Translations under genes and position numbers: made by a program
From: Gammaproteobacteria bacterium
GTDB lineage: Bacteria; Pseudomonadota; Gammaproteobacteria; UBA4575
NCBI GenBank assembly: GCA_965243395.1
Contig: CBDEUS010000002.1
Span: 128,001-192,000, forward strand
DNA: 64,000 nt
Direction: 5' to 3'
Part shown: positions 35,303 through 45,629 of the stretch, piece by piece
How the letters are laid out: each line of letters begins with the position of its first letter
How positions within the stretch are numbered: the first letter of the stretch is position 1
The notes under the pieces: model-generated
Told to the model about the DNA's origin: nothing
Database searches by the model: none
The model's input: only the letters and a program-made list of their open reading frames with translations

Positions 35303-35872
35303 CTAACCTTTTTCAAATAAATATTCATAGTTATTTCCATCATCTTCTGATTCATGGATTAGTTCCCAGCCTGCATTATTAGCTAGTTCATTATATGCAG
35401 CCGAACCTAGGGAATAATATTTAAAAGAAATACCATTCATCTCACCTATTGTTGTGTTTTTTTCCTTCGCAGACGTAAACAGAAATCGTCCACCACTAGC
35501 TACTGAATTAAAAACATTGTTTAGAACTTCTATCTGATCATCAGGATTGAGATGAAATAGTGCACCCCAACAAAGAACACCATCAATTGTAGTCTTAGGA
35601 AAAACATAATCTTGTAGACGTGAGTGGATTACAGCTGAGTTAGTAAAGTTTGATTTAAAAGATTCAACCATTAACCTTGAACTATCAACACCAAGTATAT
35701 TCATCCCCATCTGTTTTATTGTATTGGCAAGCGGTAATCCTGTACCGCAACCTAAATCAACAATAGTTGAACCTGGCTTTAAATTTTTGAATGCTAACTT
35801 AACAGAATCAACTCCCACGTCGTCATTCCTAGATTTAAGATACCAGTCAAATATTTGATCGTATTCTTTCAA
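35303..35872 (-). CDS. class I SAM-dependent methyltransferase
   Basis: VDLGCGTG, GVDSS, LFHL. Confidence 0.9.
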   Translation of the reverse strand: MKEYDQIFDWYLKSRNDDVGVDSVKLAFKNLKPGSTIVDLGCGTGLPLANTIKQMGMNILGVDSSRLMVESFKSNFTNSAVIHSRLQDYVFPKTTIDGVLCWGALFHLNPDDQIEVLNNVFNSVASGGRFLFTSAKEKNTTIGEMNGISFKYYSLGSAAYNELANNAGWELIHESEDDGNNYEYLFEKG

Positions 35873-35913
35873 GATTGTTAAATTGGTTTTTATCTGTTTT
35901 GGATCGTTTCAGT

Positions 35914-36375
35914 CTAATTTATCTTGTATTCTTTTTCCCAGTTATCTAACTCAGCAAGTGTTAGTTCAATCATACGATCAGGGTTATTTCTCAGCAGCTT
36001 TAGTTTTTCTTTCGGTATATACACCAAATCATCTAAGTGCCTGCTAGACCATCGAACAAGATGAGTAAGGGTATGAACCAAGTCCTTACCGCTTTGAGTT
36101 AAATAATAAAGTTTACGGGTTCCATATTCAGGATGCGGTATCACATCAATCAACTCATACTCAAGCAATCGATCTAGTCGGTTGCTCAGAATATTAGTGG
36201 AAATACCTTCCTCAGCGTCAAGTAGCTCTTTGTACTCATGTCGATTGAAAAACAGTAGATCACGGATGATAAGAAGCGTCCATTTATCGCCAAGGACATC
36301 TAAGGCACACGCCACTGGACATTTCGTACGTTCACAGTGCAGTTGCTTAGGTGATGCCATATATATTACTTGCAA
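35914..36375 (-). CDS. HxlR-family regulator
   Basis: CPVACALDVLGDKWTLLIIRDL. Confidence 0.9.
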   Translation of the reverse strand: MQVIYMASPKQLHCERTKCPVACALDVLGDKWTLLIIRDLLFFNRHEYKELLDAEEGISTNILSNRLDRLLEYELIDVIPHPEYGTRKLYYLTQSGKDLVHTLTHLVRWSSRHLDDLVYIPKEKLKLLRNNPDRMIELTLAELDNWEKEYKIN

Positions 36376-36416
36376 AATAAAAGTGATGTGTCTATAGTTT
36401 CATATCCACTTCCATT

Positions 36417-37139
36417 TTGCAAGTGGTATTTACTGAGGACATTATTATGCCAACACATAACGTCGTGACACATAGAGAATGGGTAGCCGCTCGCAAACAA
36501 CTGCTCGTAGAAGAAAAAGAATTTACTCGTCTTCGAGACCAGCTAAGCCAAAAACGTCGAGATTTACCTTGGGTAAAACTTGAAAAAGAATATGTATTTG
36601 ATGGACCCAGTGGTCAGCATACTCTTTCAGATTTATTTGAGGGACAAAGCCAGTTAATAGTGTATCACTTCATGTTAGGGCCTGATTGGGATGAAGGTTG
36701 TAAGAGCTGTTCGTTTTGGGCAGACAATTTTGAAGGTACAGATATTCATCTAAAGCATCGTGATATTACCTTTCTTGCCATATCAAGAGCTGAAATTGAA
36801 AAAATTGAAGCTTATAAAAAACGTATGGGCTGGACCTTTAAATGGTTTTCTTCATTCAATACAGATTTCAATTATGACTTCCAAGCCTCGTTTACTTCGG
36901 ATCAGAAAGAAAAGAATGAAGTGATCTATAACTACATTAAACAACCCTATTTTATAGATGAGATGGCAGGGGTAAGTGTATTTATCAAAGATGAGAATAA
37001 TAACATCTTTCACACCTACTCTACTTATGCTCGTGGTTTGGATATTTTAAATGGTGCCTACAACTATATTGATTTAACACCTATGGGACGTAATGAGGAA
37101 GACGGCATGTCATGGCTACGGCATCATGATCAATATTAG
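36417..37139 (+). CDS. DUF899 thioredoxin-like protein
   Basis: LLVEEKEFTR...RRDLPWV, GCKSCSF, HTYSTYARG. True start probably MPTHN. Confidence 0.9.
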   Translation: MQVVFTEDIIMPTHNVVTHREWVAARKQLLVEEKEFTRLRDQLSQKRRDLPWVKLEKEYVFDGPSGQHTLSDLFEGQSQLIVYHFMLGPDWDEGCKSCSFWADNFEGTDIHLKHRDITFLAISRAEIEKIEAYKKRMGWTFKWFSSFNTDFNYDFQASFTSDQKEKNEVIYNYIKQPYFIDEMAGVSVFIKDENNNIFHTYSTYARGLDILNGAYNYIDLTPMGRNEEDGMSWLRHHDQY

Positions 37140-37166
37140 TTTCAAATATAAATCTATCAATACCAT

Positions 37167-37562
37167 ATGAAAGCTTTAACTAGTGGCAGGTGCATGTGCG
37201 GTGCAATACGTTATGAATTTAACGACAAACCTTTATATTCACTCATCTGCCAATGTACACAGTGTCAAAAAATTACTGGCGCTGGTAATGCGCCTTCCAT
37301 AGCAATTGCAAATGAAACATTCAAGCTTGAAGGAAAACTAAGTTATTTTAAACAGTTAGCAGAAGATGGAAATACGGTCAGCAATGGGTTTTGTTCAAAA
37401 TGTGGAAATCCCATTCTCAAAACAACCACCGCATTTCAAGACCGAGTTTACCTGCATGTAGGTAGTTTAGATGATCCAGGAAAGTTTGAACCAGAATTCG
37501 TTGTATTTAGTAGAAGTGGGTATTCATGGGACACCGTTGATCCTAAATTAAAGCGGCTCTAA
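37167..37562 (+). CDS. GFA family protein
   Basis: GRCMCGAIRY, CQCTQCQK, FCSKCG. Confidence 0.9.
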   Translation: MKALTSGRCMCGAIRYEFNDKPLYSLICQCTQCQKITGAGNAPSIAIANETFKLEGKLSYFKQLAEDGNTVSNGFCSKCGNPILKTTTAFQDRVYLHVGSLDDPGKFEPEFVVFSRSGYSWDTVDPKLKRL

Positions 37563-37604
37563 TTAAAGCTAATTAATCTTAATCAATAGAAGAAAAGAAT
37601 TACC

Positions 37605-38015
37605 ATGAAAAAATTTATTCTCGCTACACTTTCATTTTTCATTTTAACTATGCCCTGGGCATATTCGTGGCATGTGATTTGGTTTCATGAGCTTTATGGA
37701 CAACTAGGAGCATTTACGCGCACATCGCCCATTATGCCTCTTGGTATTGCGGCGGTATTAATACAAGGTGCTGTTATATCTTATCTCTATCCATTTTATT
37801 ACCGAGGTGGGCATCCAATATTTCAAGGAATTAAGTTCAGCTTAATTATCGGTTTAATGGTGTATACAGTGATGGGTTTTGCTAATGCTGCAAAGCTTGC
37901 GATTGAGCCTATTTCAACCTACTTGGCGTACCATACAATTTTTCAGCTCATTCAGTTCGTTGTTACCGGTGCAGCACTAGGATTAATTTATGGTAGAACA
38001 CTGAACTCAGCATAA
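37605..38015 (+). CDS. hypothetical membrane protein
   Basis: 4 TM segments. Confidence 0.7.
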   Translation: MKKFILATLSFFILTMPWAYSWHVIWFHELYGQLGAFTRTSPIMPLGIAAVLIQGAVISYLYPFYYRGGHPIFQGIKFSLIIGLMVYTVMGFANAAKLAIEPISTYLAYHTIFQLIQFVVTGAALGLIYGRTLNSA

Positions 38016-38055
38016 ATAATTTATGTCAGATTTCGACCATTAGCGGTCATTCCTT

Positions 38056-38418
38056 TTACAAATCAACCAAGACATTAAACCCACCCATAATCATTCTATT
38101 GATTTCAAATGGCATATTATTTTCATCACAGCTTTCTTTCATGCGTGGATCTTGAAATACCTTTTGATTGACTTCATCACGATGTTCTCTTGATTTATAT
38201 ACGACAAATGCAAATATTACGGTCTCACCATCGGATGAATTGGCCGCTTTGCGGAATGCGCCATTAGACATTTCTGAATCAATATCATCAGCGATGCATT
38301 CTTTATAAGCTAAAGCACCATGCTCCATCCAGACTGCACCCATTTTCTTTGCCAAATCTTTATATGCATCAATATTAGATTCAGGTAGTGGGATTACATA
38401 ACCATCGACATAACTCAT
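38056..38418 (-). CDS. DUF1428 family protein
   Basis: MSYVDGYVIP, WMEHGAL, SREHRDEVN, RMIMGGF. Confidence 0.9.
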   Translation of the reverse strand: MSYVDGYVIPLPESNIDAYKDLAKKMGAVWMEHGALAYKECIADDIDSEMSNGAFRKAANSSDGETVIFAFVVYKSREHRDEVNQKVFQDPRMKESCDENNMPFEINRMIMGGFNVLVDL

Positions 38419-38620
38419 TTTTTAATTCCTAATATAATTACTTTTATAAGACTAAATGTCCGCTTTGGGCCGTAAGTAGTCATCTTAAACCATGACCTGG
38501 TGAGATGTATTCCTTGTTTCAGATACTTGAAAGGCGATATGCGGACCACCAATCCCCTGTTCTTAATAAGTATAGCTAATTTTTATAATCACTTTTGTAG
38601 CAAAGGAAGAAAATAATATG

Positions 38621-39025
38621 TTAATCATGTTTGGGTAAGTCGTCTACAATATCAATTATGCGCCTACCATAGAAAAAATGACTATCAGAATGTAATTCTT
38701 CAGGTAGTTCATTGTTATTACATTTTCTGATTAAAAGCTGAGAGAAAACACGCCAGTCCATCGCATTTGTGTTGAAAAGTGTTTCGCCACAACTCGAACA
38801 AAATACTCGTTTCATCTCTAAGGTTGGATGTTGATGACTTGATAATTTCTCCTCTCCCTGCACGATATTAACTTGATCTTTATTCCAAGCAGTTACGGAG
38901 TGAAAAGGAATGCATAGTAAGTCACGACAATCCTCACAATGGCAAAACCCTTTTACTCTTGGCTTACCAGATAGGGATATTTTAACTTCACCACATTCAC
39001 ATTTTATTTGATATTGTTTATCCAT
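38621..39025 (-). CDS. GFA family protein
   Basis: CECG, CHCEDCR, FCSSCG. Confidence 0.88.
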   Translation of the reverse strand: MDKQYQIKCECGEVKISLSGKPRVKGFCHCEDCRDLLCIPFHSVTAWNKDQVNIVQGEEKLSSHQHPTLEMKRVFCSSCGETLFNTNAMDWRVFSQLLIRKCNNNELPEELHSDSHFFYGRRIIDIVDDLPKHD

Positions 39026-39054
39026 TATTAAAATCTCAATTACTTTATACTGTA

Positions 39055-39639
39055 TTAAAATATTTTATTTAGATGTCCTGAAAATCGTTTAAGGTCGCTA
39101 TCAATCTGCGGGTTTTTCATTACATCGAAACATGCAAATGTTTCTAGCGCTGTCATGCCAAAAAAACGAAAGTTCATGTGCATCGGGAAAAACAAATCAT
39201 CTACTTTTTTTCCTTGAAATAGATATTCACTCTGATTTTCAAATGATTCTTCAGGTGCATTGAAAGTTAATGAAAGCATATACTTAGTATTAGTTAGTGT
39301 GCCACCTCCCCCATAGTTTAATTTTGGGTTCTCGGTTGTTCTGCCATCTCCATTGCATAAGTCACCACCCATACCGGCTGAATATACTTCATCCATATAC
39401 TTCTTAAAACTCCATGGTACTCCCATCCAATTAACGGGACTTTGCAAAATGATGTAGTTCGCCCATTTATGTTTTTCTAATTCATCCTTTACATCATATT
39501 CCTCTGCACTAACCGTCCTTTGTACTTGGTAACCTTTTTCTTTTAAATAAGAGATAGCGCTATCCGTTAACGTTTGATTAAGTTTGCCTTCTGAAAATGG
39601 ATATGGCTGATGCGCTTTAATATGTAGAATATTTTTCAT
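39055..39639 (-). CDS. MdaB-like NAD(P)H:quinone oxidoreductase (flavodoxin fold)
   Basis: [35 protein letters not shown]. Confidence 0.88.
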   Translation of the reverse strand: MKNILHIKAHQPYPFSEGKLNQTLTDSAISYLKEKGYQVQRTVSAEEYDVKDELEKHKWANYIILQSPVNWMGVPWSFKKYMDEVYSAGMGGDLCNGDGRTTENPKLNYGGGGTLTNTKYMLSLTFNAPEESFENQSEYLFQGKKVDDLFFPMHMNFRFFGMTALETFACFDVMKNPQIDSDLKRFSGHLNKIF

Positions 39640-39724
39640 ATAAGCTAGTCTCTAATAATTTTACGGTTAACTGCGAGTTGAAACATTCATTTGATATTCC
39701 AACTCGCATCTGGATTAAATGCCA

Positions 39725-40558
39725 TTACGCTACTTTTGCTTTATTTAAGTCTGGCCCAACTTGTAGATCCCAAAGACTGTCTTGGTACTTTTTACAATCT
39801 TCAATAAAACGCTCAGGATAAACATTGCGAAAGTTATGATTGTCCTTTGGTATAACATCAACCATAAACTCAATCATACTTTGTGGATCAAGTTGTAACT
39901 CATCACCAGAAAACAAACCTTGAATTTCACGAATGGGTGCTTCGGCACTAAAATTATTGCTAGGCTCATACCACTGATCTAAGGTGTCATACATACGATC
40001 ATTAAACCCTGTACGGAAAGGCCCTGGGTTAATCGTTGCGATAGTGACGCCTGTATCTTGCATTTCTTCACGCATCAATTGAACAATTGCTTCAAGTGCA
40101 TGTTTTGAAGCAACATAAGGCGCAAGATATGGAAAGGTTGAAAATCCGACGATAGAAGAAGTAAATATAATTTTGCCTTTCCCTTTTTCAACAAAAGCTT
40201 TTGCAAATGCTTGAGCTAATTCAAGTGTATTAAATACATTGACTTCAAAAACTTGTCGAATCCGATCTACAGGGATTTCTGCCACAGGTCCTGTTTGTCC
40301 AGTCGCTGCATTTGGTACAAATATATCTACTTTATCTGAATATTTTCGGATAATGGTTTCATGGTCATCCTTGTTTAAGTAATCTAACTTAGTCACTTCT
40401 AACTCAACACCCTCTGTATTAGCTGCTTCCATTAATGCCGAAACCTGTGGCCAATTTTCACAAGTGGCAATTACATTGTGACCATTTTTCGCAAGCCCAA
40501 TTGCCGTACCTTTACCAAGTCCTGAGCCTGCACCTGTAATTAAAATTGTTTTACTCAT
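39725..40558 (-). CDS. short-chain dehydrogenase/reductase
   Basis: TGAGSGLG, YVASK. Confidence 0.92.
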   Translation of the reverse strand: MSKTILITGAGSGLGKGTAIGLAKNGHNVIATCENWPQVSALMEAANTEGVELEVTKLDYLNKDDHETIIRKYSDKVDIFVPNAATGQTGPVAEIPVDRIRQVFEVNVFNTLELAQAFAKAFVEKGKGKIIFTSSIVGFSTFPYLAPYVASKHALEAIVQLMREEMQDTGVTIATINPGPFRTGFNDRMYDTLDQWYEPSNNFSAEAPIREIQGLFSGDELQLDPQSMIEFMVDVIPKDNHNFRNVYPERFIEDCKKYQDSLWDLQVGPDLNKAKVA

Positions 40559-40587
40559 TTTTCATACCTCATATATTAAAATGTGAA

Positions 40588-40908
40588 TTAAATGATTTGA
40601 TGTCCTTTATGAATGACTGGATTTCTCTCCAGTACATTAGTTAATTTCTCAATGGCTGAATTCAGATGAGGTGTTTCCCAATGAGCACTCTCATCATCTA
40701 CAGTCCTCCATTTTTCATACGATAAAATAGTGTTAGCTTTCTCTTTATCGTGGATAAAGAAATATTCGATTGCCCCAGCTTCCTTTCGAGTATTTGTTGC
40801 TAGGTCATTTAGAATCGCTTTCAACTCATCATATTTGCCATCTTTGGCAGTGAGTTCTGCAATGGTGTACATGTATTCACTCATAGTATTTTCTCCTTTC
40901 AATCTCAT
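40588..40908 (-). CDS. antibiotic biosynthesis monooxygenase (quinol monooxygenase-like)
   Basis: TRKEAG, YEKW, HWETPH. Start probably MSEYM. Confidence 0.85.
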   Translation of the reverse strand: MRLKGENTMSEYMYTIAELTAKDGKYDELKAILNDLATNTRKEAGAIEYFFIHDKEKANTILSYEKWRTVDDESAHWETPHLNSAIEKLTNVLERNPVIHKGHQII

Positions 40909-40940
40909 GAATTTTTCAATGTTGAAAAATATATCGATTC

Positions 40941-40977
40941 AGGTTACTATAATCAACCAGTATACTTTTAGTAACCT
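40941..40977. promoter_or_regulatory. HxlR-type operator
   Basis: AGGTTACTA...TAGTAACCT inverted repeat between divergent genes. Confidence 0.55.
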
Positions 40978-40988
40978 AATAAGTTTTC

Positions 40989-41345
40989 ATGGAAAGTAGA
41001 GTAAAAACAGATAGTAAAGGCCGTAAAAGTGTCATTGAGCCATGTTTAGAACCATGTCCAATTGAACGTGGTATGCGAATACTTGGAGGCAAATGGAAAG
41101 GATCTATTTTGTGGCATTTGAAAGATGAGCCAGTTCGATTTAATGACCTAACACGAATGTTGGGTGGTGCTAGTAAGAAGATGGTTGATCAGCGGTTGAA
41201 AGAAATGGAAAAGGAAGGATTAATTGTTCGTAAAGTTCTAAGTGAACGCCCGATTGCTGTTACCTACCAAGCGACAGAATTTGGCAAAAGTGCTTTAAGC
41301 ATTCTTGATGGCTTAAAAACTTGGACTGAAGCAAATAATCTCTAA
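40989..41345 (+). CDS. HxlR-family regulator
   Basis: CPIERGMRILGGKWKGSILWHL. Confidence 0.9.
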   Translation: MESRVKTDSKGRKSVIEPCLEPCPIERGMRILGGKWKGSILWHLKDEPVRFNDLTRMLGGASKKMVDQRLKEMEKEGLIVRKVLSERPIAVTYQATEFGKSALSILDGLKTWTEANNL

Positions 41346-41491
41346 AAGACCAAACTTTTCTAGTAAATGTCCGCTTTAGATCGTTAGCGGTCAATTTAAA
41401 CTATGCTCTGCAGAGATGTATTCATCCAATCAGCTAAATTTAATTAAAGTAAAACAGTGTATTACGCACTGCATGACACCGAATAGACTTC

Positions 41492-41512
41492 TATCCACCA
41501 TACTTCCACCAA
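41492..41512 (+). repeat. putative integrase arm-type repeat, copy
   Basis: TATCCACCATACTTCCACCAA. Confidence 0.6.
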
Positions 41513-41596
41513 CTCTCAGCTTTTTTAGCATCAATAATTCTCTTATCTATGAGCTCATGATGCCTAAAACCTGTCATTTCCTGTATTTTAGTCTTT

Positions 41597-42052
41597 ATGA
41601 AAATCTGTTCCAAAAACTTAAAACGAGATCTGTTTGTCCGTCATTATCTAAACCATCTCAACATTAATGAGGCATATAAACGAGCGGGGTTTTCGCCAGA
41701 TGATGCCAATGCAAATCGATATTTCCATCGCAAAGATGTCCAATTAGCATTGGAAGCACATGCTGCTAAGACATTACAGAAACTTGATATCAGTATTGAC
41801 AAAACGATCAAGCATCTTGCTGCTATAGCTTATGGAAACGCTCTAGACGTAATGGAATATGAGACTGGGAAATGGAAGTTTAAAGAACTTCATGAACTCC
41901 CGCCTTGGGTCGCAGTATCGTTAAGAAAGTTTGATAAACAAGATAATAGAATATCTTATTCTTTTGAACCAAAAATTCCAGCTCTTAAACTTTTACTTAA
42001 GTACCTTGAACTAAGAAAATTACTAAACAGACAGTCACAAGTCGGAAATTGA
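41597..42052 (+). CDS. terminase small subunit
   Basis: FVRHYL..LNINEAYKRAGFS...LAAIAYG...KIPALKLL. Confidence 0.75.
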   Translation: MKICSKNLKRDLFVRHYLNHLNINEAYKRAGFSPDDANANRYFHRKDVQLALEAHAAKTLQKLDISIDKTIKHLAAIAYGNALDVMEYETGKWKFKELHELPPWVAVSLRKFDKQDNRISYSFEPKIPALKLLLKYLELRKLLNRQSQVGN

Positions 42053-42088
42053 AATTTAGCTATGTTCTTATTAAACAACCAAATCTTT

Positions 42089-42706
42089 CTAGTTTGAAAT
42101 TTCATTTATCGCATCTGCAATTTCTTGACTTAACTCTGCAAGGGCTTCACTTTCAGCAACAACTATTGCGTCATAATTATCCGCAGCTGGTATTTTTGAA
42201 ATCTTTGACCTCTTTCTCATTATTTCCTTTCTTCCACGATCAGTTAATAGTGACCAACGAGCCTCAATTGTTGCCTCTTCACCAATTACGCTATCAAATC
42301 TGGTGACATCAATTGCGACTTGATAATCAATAGGTACAAATCGATTCCATGGGTATGTATTTATTTTTTCTGTACCTAGTAAAGTTGCGAAATTGTCGCT
42401 AAGCACTCTAGATACATTGTTATTCAATGACTCTGCCCAACGATGGAACTCATCAATGACGAGTTCATTCCCACCGTTTTTTGTGACAATCTGGGGTCGA
42501 TTAACATAGTCAGGTAATTTAATTGGACCGATACCAATCGAAAGTGTATCCCCGCTAAGACTATTTGGAATGTTATCAACCTCTGCAAGTGAAGTAAGTA
42601 CATAAAATTTTGTTGGCTTACTTGAGCATCCACTAACACTTAACGCAATTAAAGTTAGTGTGACACATGCAATCTTTGTTAATTTAAAAATATTTTTAGT
42701 ATTCAC
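42089..42706 (-). CDS. pqiC: PqiC-family lipoprotein
   Basis: Lipobox VSGC, GPIKLPDYVNRPQIV, HRWAESL. Confidence 0.88.
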   Translation of the reverse strand: MNTKNIFKLTKIACVTLTLIALSVSGCSSKPTKFYVLTSLAEVDNIPNSLSGDTLSIGIGPIKLPDYVNRPQIVTKNGGNELVIDEFHRWAESLNNNVSRVLSDNFATLLGTEKINTYPWNRFVPIDYQVAIDVTRFDSVIGEEATIEARWSLLTDRGRKEIMRKRSKISKIPAADNYDAIVVAESEALAELSQEIADAINEISN

Positions 42707-42717
42707 ATTGTCCTCTC

Positions 42718-44313
42718 TTATTTTTTACCAGCTATAAGTGCTTCTGGATGTCGTTCTAAATAGTTTGTTAATACACGGATTGACTGAGCCATCTCTTTAA
42801 ATTCAACCATCATGTTGGCTAAGTCATATTGAAGAGCTGAATCAGGTGCGACTATTCCATCTACCGATTCAAGTGTTTGTGTAGCTTGCACTAATGTTTC
42901 GTTGGTAGAGTGAATAATATTTTTCATATCCGGGTCATTAATCAAATGATTCATGCCTTGGGTTGTTTCAAGTAAATTTTGCCCAATTTCATCAAGTGGT
43001 AGATTTTGGAAGTTTCTAGCCACTTTCGTAATCATTTCTTCAATTTCTGCTATTGTAGTTGGTATTGTTGGTAACTCTGGATGGGCATGTTCGATTCTTG
43101 CCAGCTTCATCTCTGCATTTGGGTGAAACTCCAAATCAACAAACAATTGACCTGTTAGCATACTGCCTGTTTGCAATTGTGCCTTCAGACCGCGCTCAAC
43201 AAGAGCACCAATAACATCTTCATCACTTCTTTCTACAAGTTGTTTGCCGTTGATGTATGGGATTCGCTCTGGTTCTAACTCTACTGTTACAGGAATGTAT
43301 ATTTCTAGTGATTCCGGATCCTCCATGATATGAATATCTGTTACCTCACCTAACTTAATACCACGAAATTCAACTGGAGCACCAACACTCAAACCACGAA
43401 CTGAGCCACTAAAAAACATTACATAAGGAATTTTTTCATCGTATTGGATTTCATTTGTTTCTCCATAACGGTCATACAATCTAAATGTTGAATTTGCTTC
43501 TGCTAGCTTTACTTGTTGAGTTGTACCGCTGAGCGTATCAAACGCAATTCCCCCAGCTAGGATGGATTGCAATGAACCTGTTTTCACGTCAATGCCATTG
43601 GCATCCACTTGCATTTCAAAACCACTGACATTCCAAAATCTTGAGTTTGTTCTTACTAAATTATGAAATGGAGCTTCAATAAAAGCATGCAGCTTTATTT
43701 GTTCTGTATCAGGCAAAAAGTCGTAACCAAGAATTTCTCCAGCATGTATCCCTCGATAATAAATTGGTGCACCTGGATGAAGTGAACCAAGCTCATCAGC
43801 TATGACGATAAATTCTCGACCATCAACATCGGCTTTTACAATGGGTGGTTCTTTTAGACCAACAAAATTTTCGACTGCTGCACCATCACCAGGCTCAACC
43901 TCGATATAAGCTCCCGAGAATAATGTACCTAAACCAGATACTCCTGAGGCACCCACTCTTGGGCGCACTACCCAAAATCGTGTATTTTCATTTAAATGTT
44001 GTTTGGCCTCTTTGCGAAATTTTGCAGTGATTAAAACTTTACTTAAATCGTTATCGAGAACCACATCACTGACAAGTCCAACTTCGACATCTTTATATTT
44101 AATTTTGGTTTTCCCAGCTTCAATACCTGTTGCCTCTTTGAAACTTATCGTTACTGTAGGGCCTTTTTCAGAATAAGCCTTGTAGCCTAGCCATCCAGCA
44201 ATTAGTACTGCAACAATTGGTAACATCCAAACTAATGAAACACCTTTACGTTCTTTCATTTCAACTTCATCAATATCAGAAATTGATTGATCAATTTTAT
44301 TTTTAGATTCCAT
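42718..44313 (-). CDS. pqiB: PqiB MCE-domain intermembrane transport protein
   Basis: TKIKYKDVEVG, FWVVRPR, three MCE repeats. Confidence 0.92.
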   Translation of the reverse strand: MESKNKIDQSISDIDEVEMKERKGVSLVWMLPIVAVLIAGWLGYKAYSEKGPTVTISFKEATGIEAGKTKIKYKDVEVGLVSDVVLDNDLSKVLITAKFRKEAKQHLNENTRFWVVRPRVGASGVSGLGTLFSGAYIEVEPGDGAAVENFVGLKEPPIVKADVDGREFIVIADELGSLHPGAPIYYRGIHAGEILGYDFLPDTEQIKLHAFIEAPFHNLVRTNSRFWNVSGFEMQVDANGIDVKTGSLQSILAGGIAFDTLSGTTQQVKLAEANSTFRLYDRYGETNEIQYDEKIPYVMFFSGSVRGLSVGAPVEFRGIKLGEVTDIHIMEDPESLEIYIPVTVELEPERIPYINGKQLVERSDEDVIGALVERGLKAQLQTGSMLTGQLFVDLEFHPNAEMKLARIEHAHPELPTIPTTIAEIEEMITKVARNFQNLPLDEIGQNLLETTQGMNHLINDPDMKNIIHSTNETLVQATQTLESVDGIVAPDSALQYDLANMMVEFKEMAQSIRVLTNYLERHPEALIAGKK

Positions 44314-44319
44314 ATTGGG

Positions 44320-44970
44320 TTACCTCACTTTGTCCCAGATTAAACGTGAATCAAAACTTATTGCTGCCAACATCGTCAGCACCACTACTGCTGCAAACGC
44401 TGTTGCACCTGCACCTGCATATACTTTTGCTACACCTCCTAAATCCACCATTGCTACCAGTATTGAAATCATAAAAACATCAAGCATCGACCAACGACCG
44501 ACAAATTCAATAATGCGATATATTTTAGTTCGATGATGCGGTGTTGCTTGCCAATTGTGTTGTACTGAAATAAGCAGCAATGCAATTCCTAACATTTTCA
44601 AAAAGGGTACTAATAAACTTGCGATGAATACGACTAAAGCTATGGGAAACATCCCGCCATGAAGCAGTGCCACAATGCCACCGACTATAGTATGTGCATC
44701 ACCTTCACCTAATTTTTGCACCTGCATGATTGGCAAGGTGTTTGCAGGTATATACAGAACAATACTGGCAATTAAAAAAGCCCAAGTACGACTGATACTT
44801 TTTGGTAAACGCATATGCAAGGCAGCACCACAACGTGGACATACTAAATGATGTGTATTTTTCACTTGCGACAGTTCAACAAGATTATTACAAATATGGC
44901 AATGCATTAGACCAGCTTGCTTTGCTGTAACAGGAGCACTTTGAGTGTTAGTCATTTTGTTGCTCCTCAA
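44320..44970 (-). CDS. pqiA: paraquat-inducible protein A (C-terminal half)
   Basis: CHIC/CPRCG, GRWSMLDVF. Confidence 0.88.
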   Translation of the reverse strand: MRSNKMTNTQSAPVTAKQAGLMHCHICNNLVELSQVKNTHHLVCPRCGAALHMRLPKSISRTWAFLIASIVLYIPANTLPIMQVQKLGEGDAHTIVGGIVALLHGGMFPIALVVFIASLLVPFLKMLGIALLLISVQHNWQATPHHRTKIYRIIEFVGRWSMLDVFMISILVAMVDLGGVAKVYAGAGATAFAAVVVLTMLAAISFDSRLIWDKVR

Positions 44971-45592
44971 TCATCTCCCAATACAACTTTTCATCCATGG
45001 TGGTTGAGATAAATCCTGCAATGAGTAACACACCAATAAAACAATATAGACCCAACTCAGGTATGACATGCGCTAAACCGATTAATTTGGTATAAGCCAC
45101 AATGATGCCTAAGGTATAAACTTCTAGCATGCCCCATTCATCAAGGTGCTGATACCAACGCATACAATTTGCAAGTTTAGGAAAATTTTGTGAAAACTTT
45201 AATCCGGCCGTTATATAAATAACTAATAATAATTTTGTAAGTGGAAAAATTATACTGGCGAGTAAAACTACAAATGATAGTGTCCACATACCATTATTAA
45301 ATAGTCCAATGACACCTGTTAACATGGTCGCACCATGTTCAATACCTAATACTTGCAATCGAAGAATAGGTAATGCATTTGCTGGAATAAATAAAATAAG
45401 TCCAGATAATGCTAATGCTAAACTGCGATCAATGCTGTTCTTTTTAGGCTGATAAAGAACATGACTACAACGAGGACAGAGAGCTTTTTGACCGTATGGG
45501 GCATCTATTTTTCTTAAAAGTAGATCACACTCTCCACATGCAGTTATTGAACGAAGCAATTTAGGATTGTTTATAGAAATTGGCATATTCAT
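44948..45592 (-). CDS. pqiA: paraquat-inducible protein A (N-terminal half)
   Basis: CGECD/CPRC, WGMLEVY. Confidence 0.88.
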   Translation of the reverse strand: MNMPISINNPKLLRSITACGECDLLLRKIDAPYGQKALCPRCSHVLYQPKKNSIDRSLALALSGLILFIPANALPILRLQVLGIEHGATMLTGVIGLFNNGMWTLSFVVLLASIIFPLTKLLLVIYITAGLKFSQNFPKLANCMRWYQHLDEWGMLEVYTLGIIVAYTKLIGLAHVIPELGLYCFIGVLLIAGFISTTMDEKLYWEMIEEQQND

Positions 45593-45629
45593 TTTAAGAT
45601 TCTATTACTTATTATTTTCAATAGCGTGT

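Larger units (their letters stand above)
34423..41395. repeat. seven dispersed ~30-bp 12-6-12 palindromic sites delimiting gene cassettes
   Basis: Consensus AATGTCCGCTTT-N6-WTAGCGGWCATT at 34423, 35184, 35267, 35891 (degenerate), 38022, 38455 and 41366. Confidence 0.85.

Noticed and set aside
34423-41395. Integron attC sites, dif sites or a CRISPR array
   Set aside because: No RYYYAAC/GTTRRRY ends, no IntI, no XerC/XerD consensus. Spacing is gene-sized and there are no cas genes.
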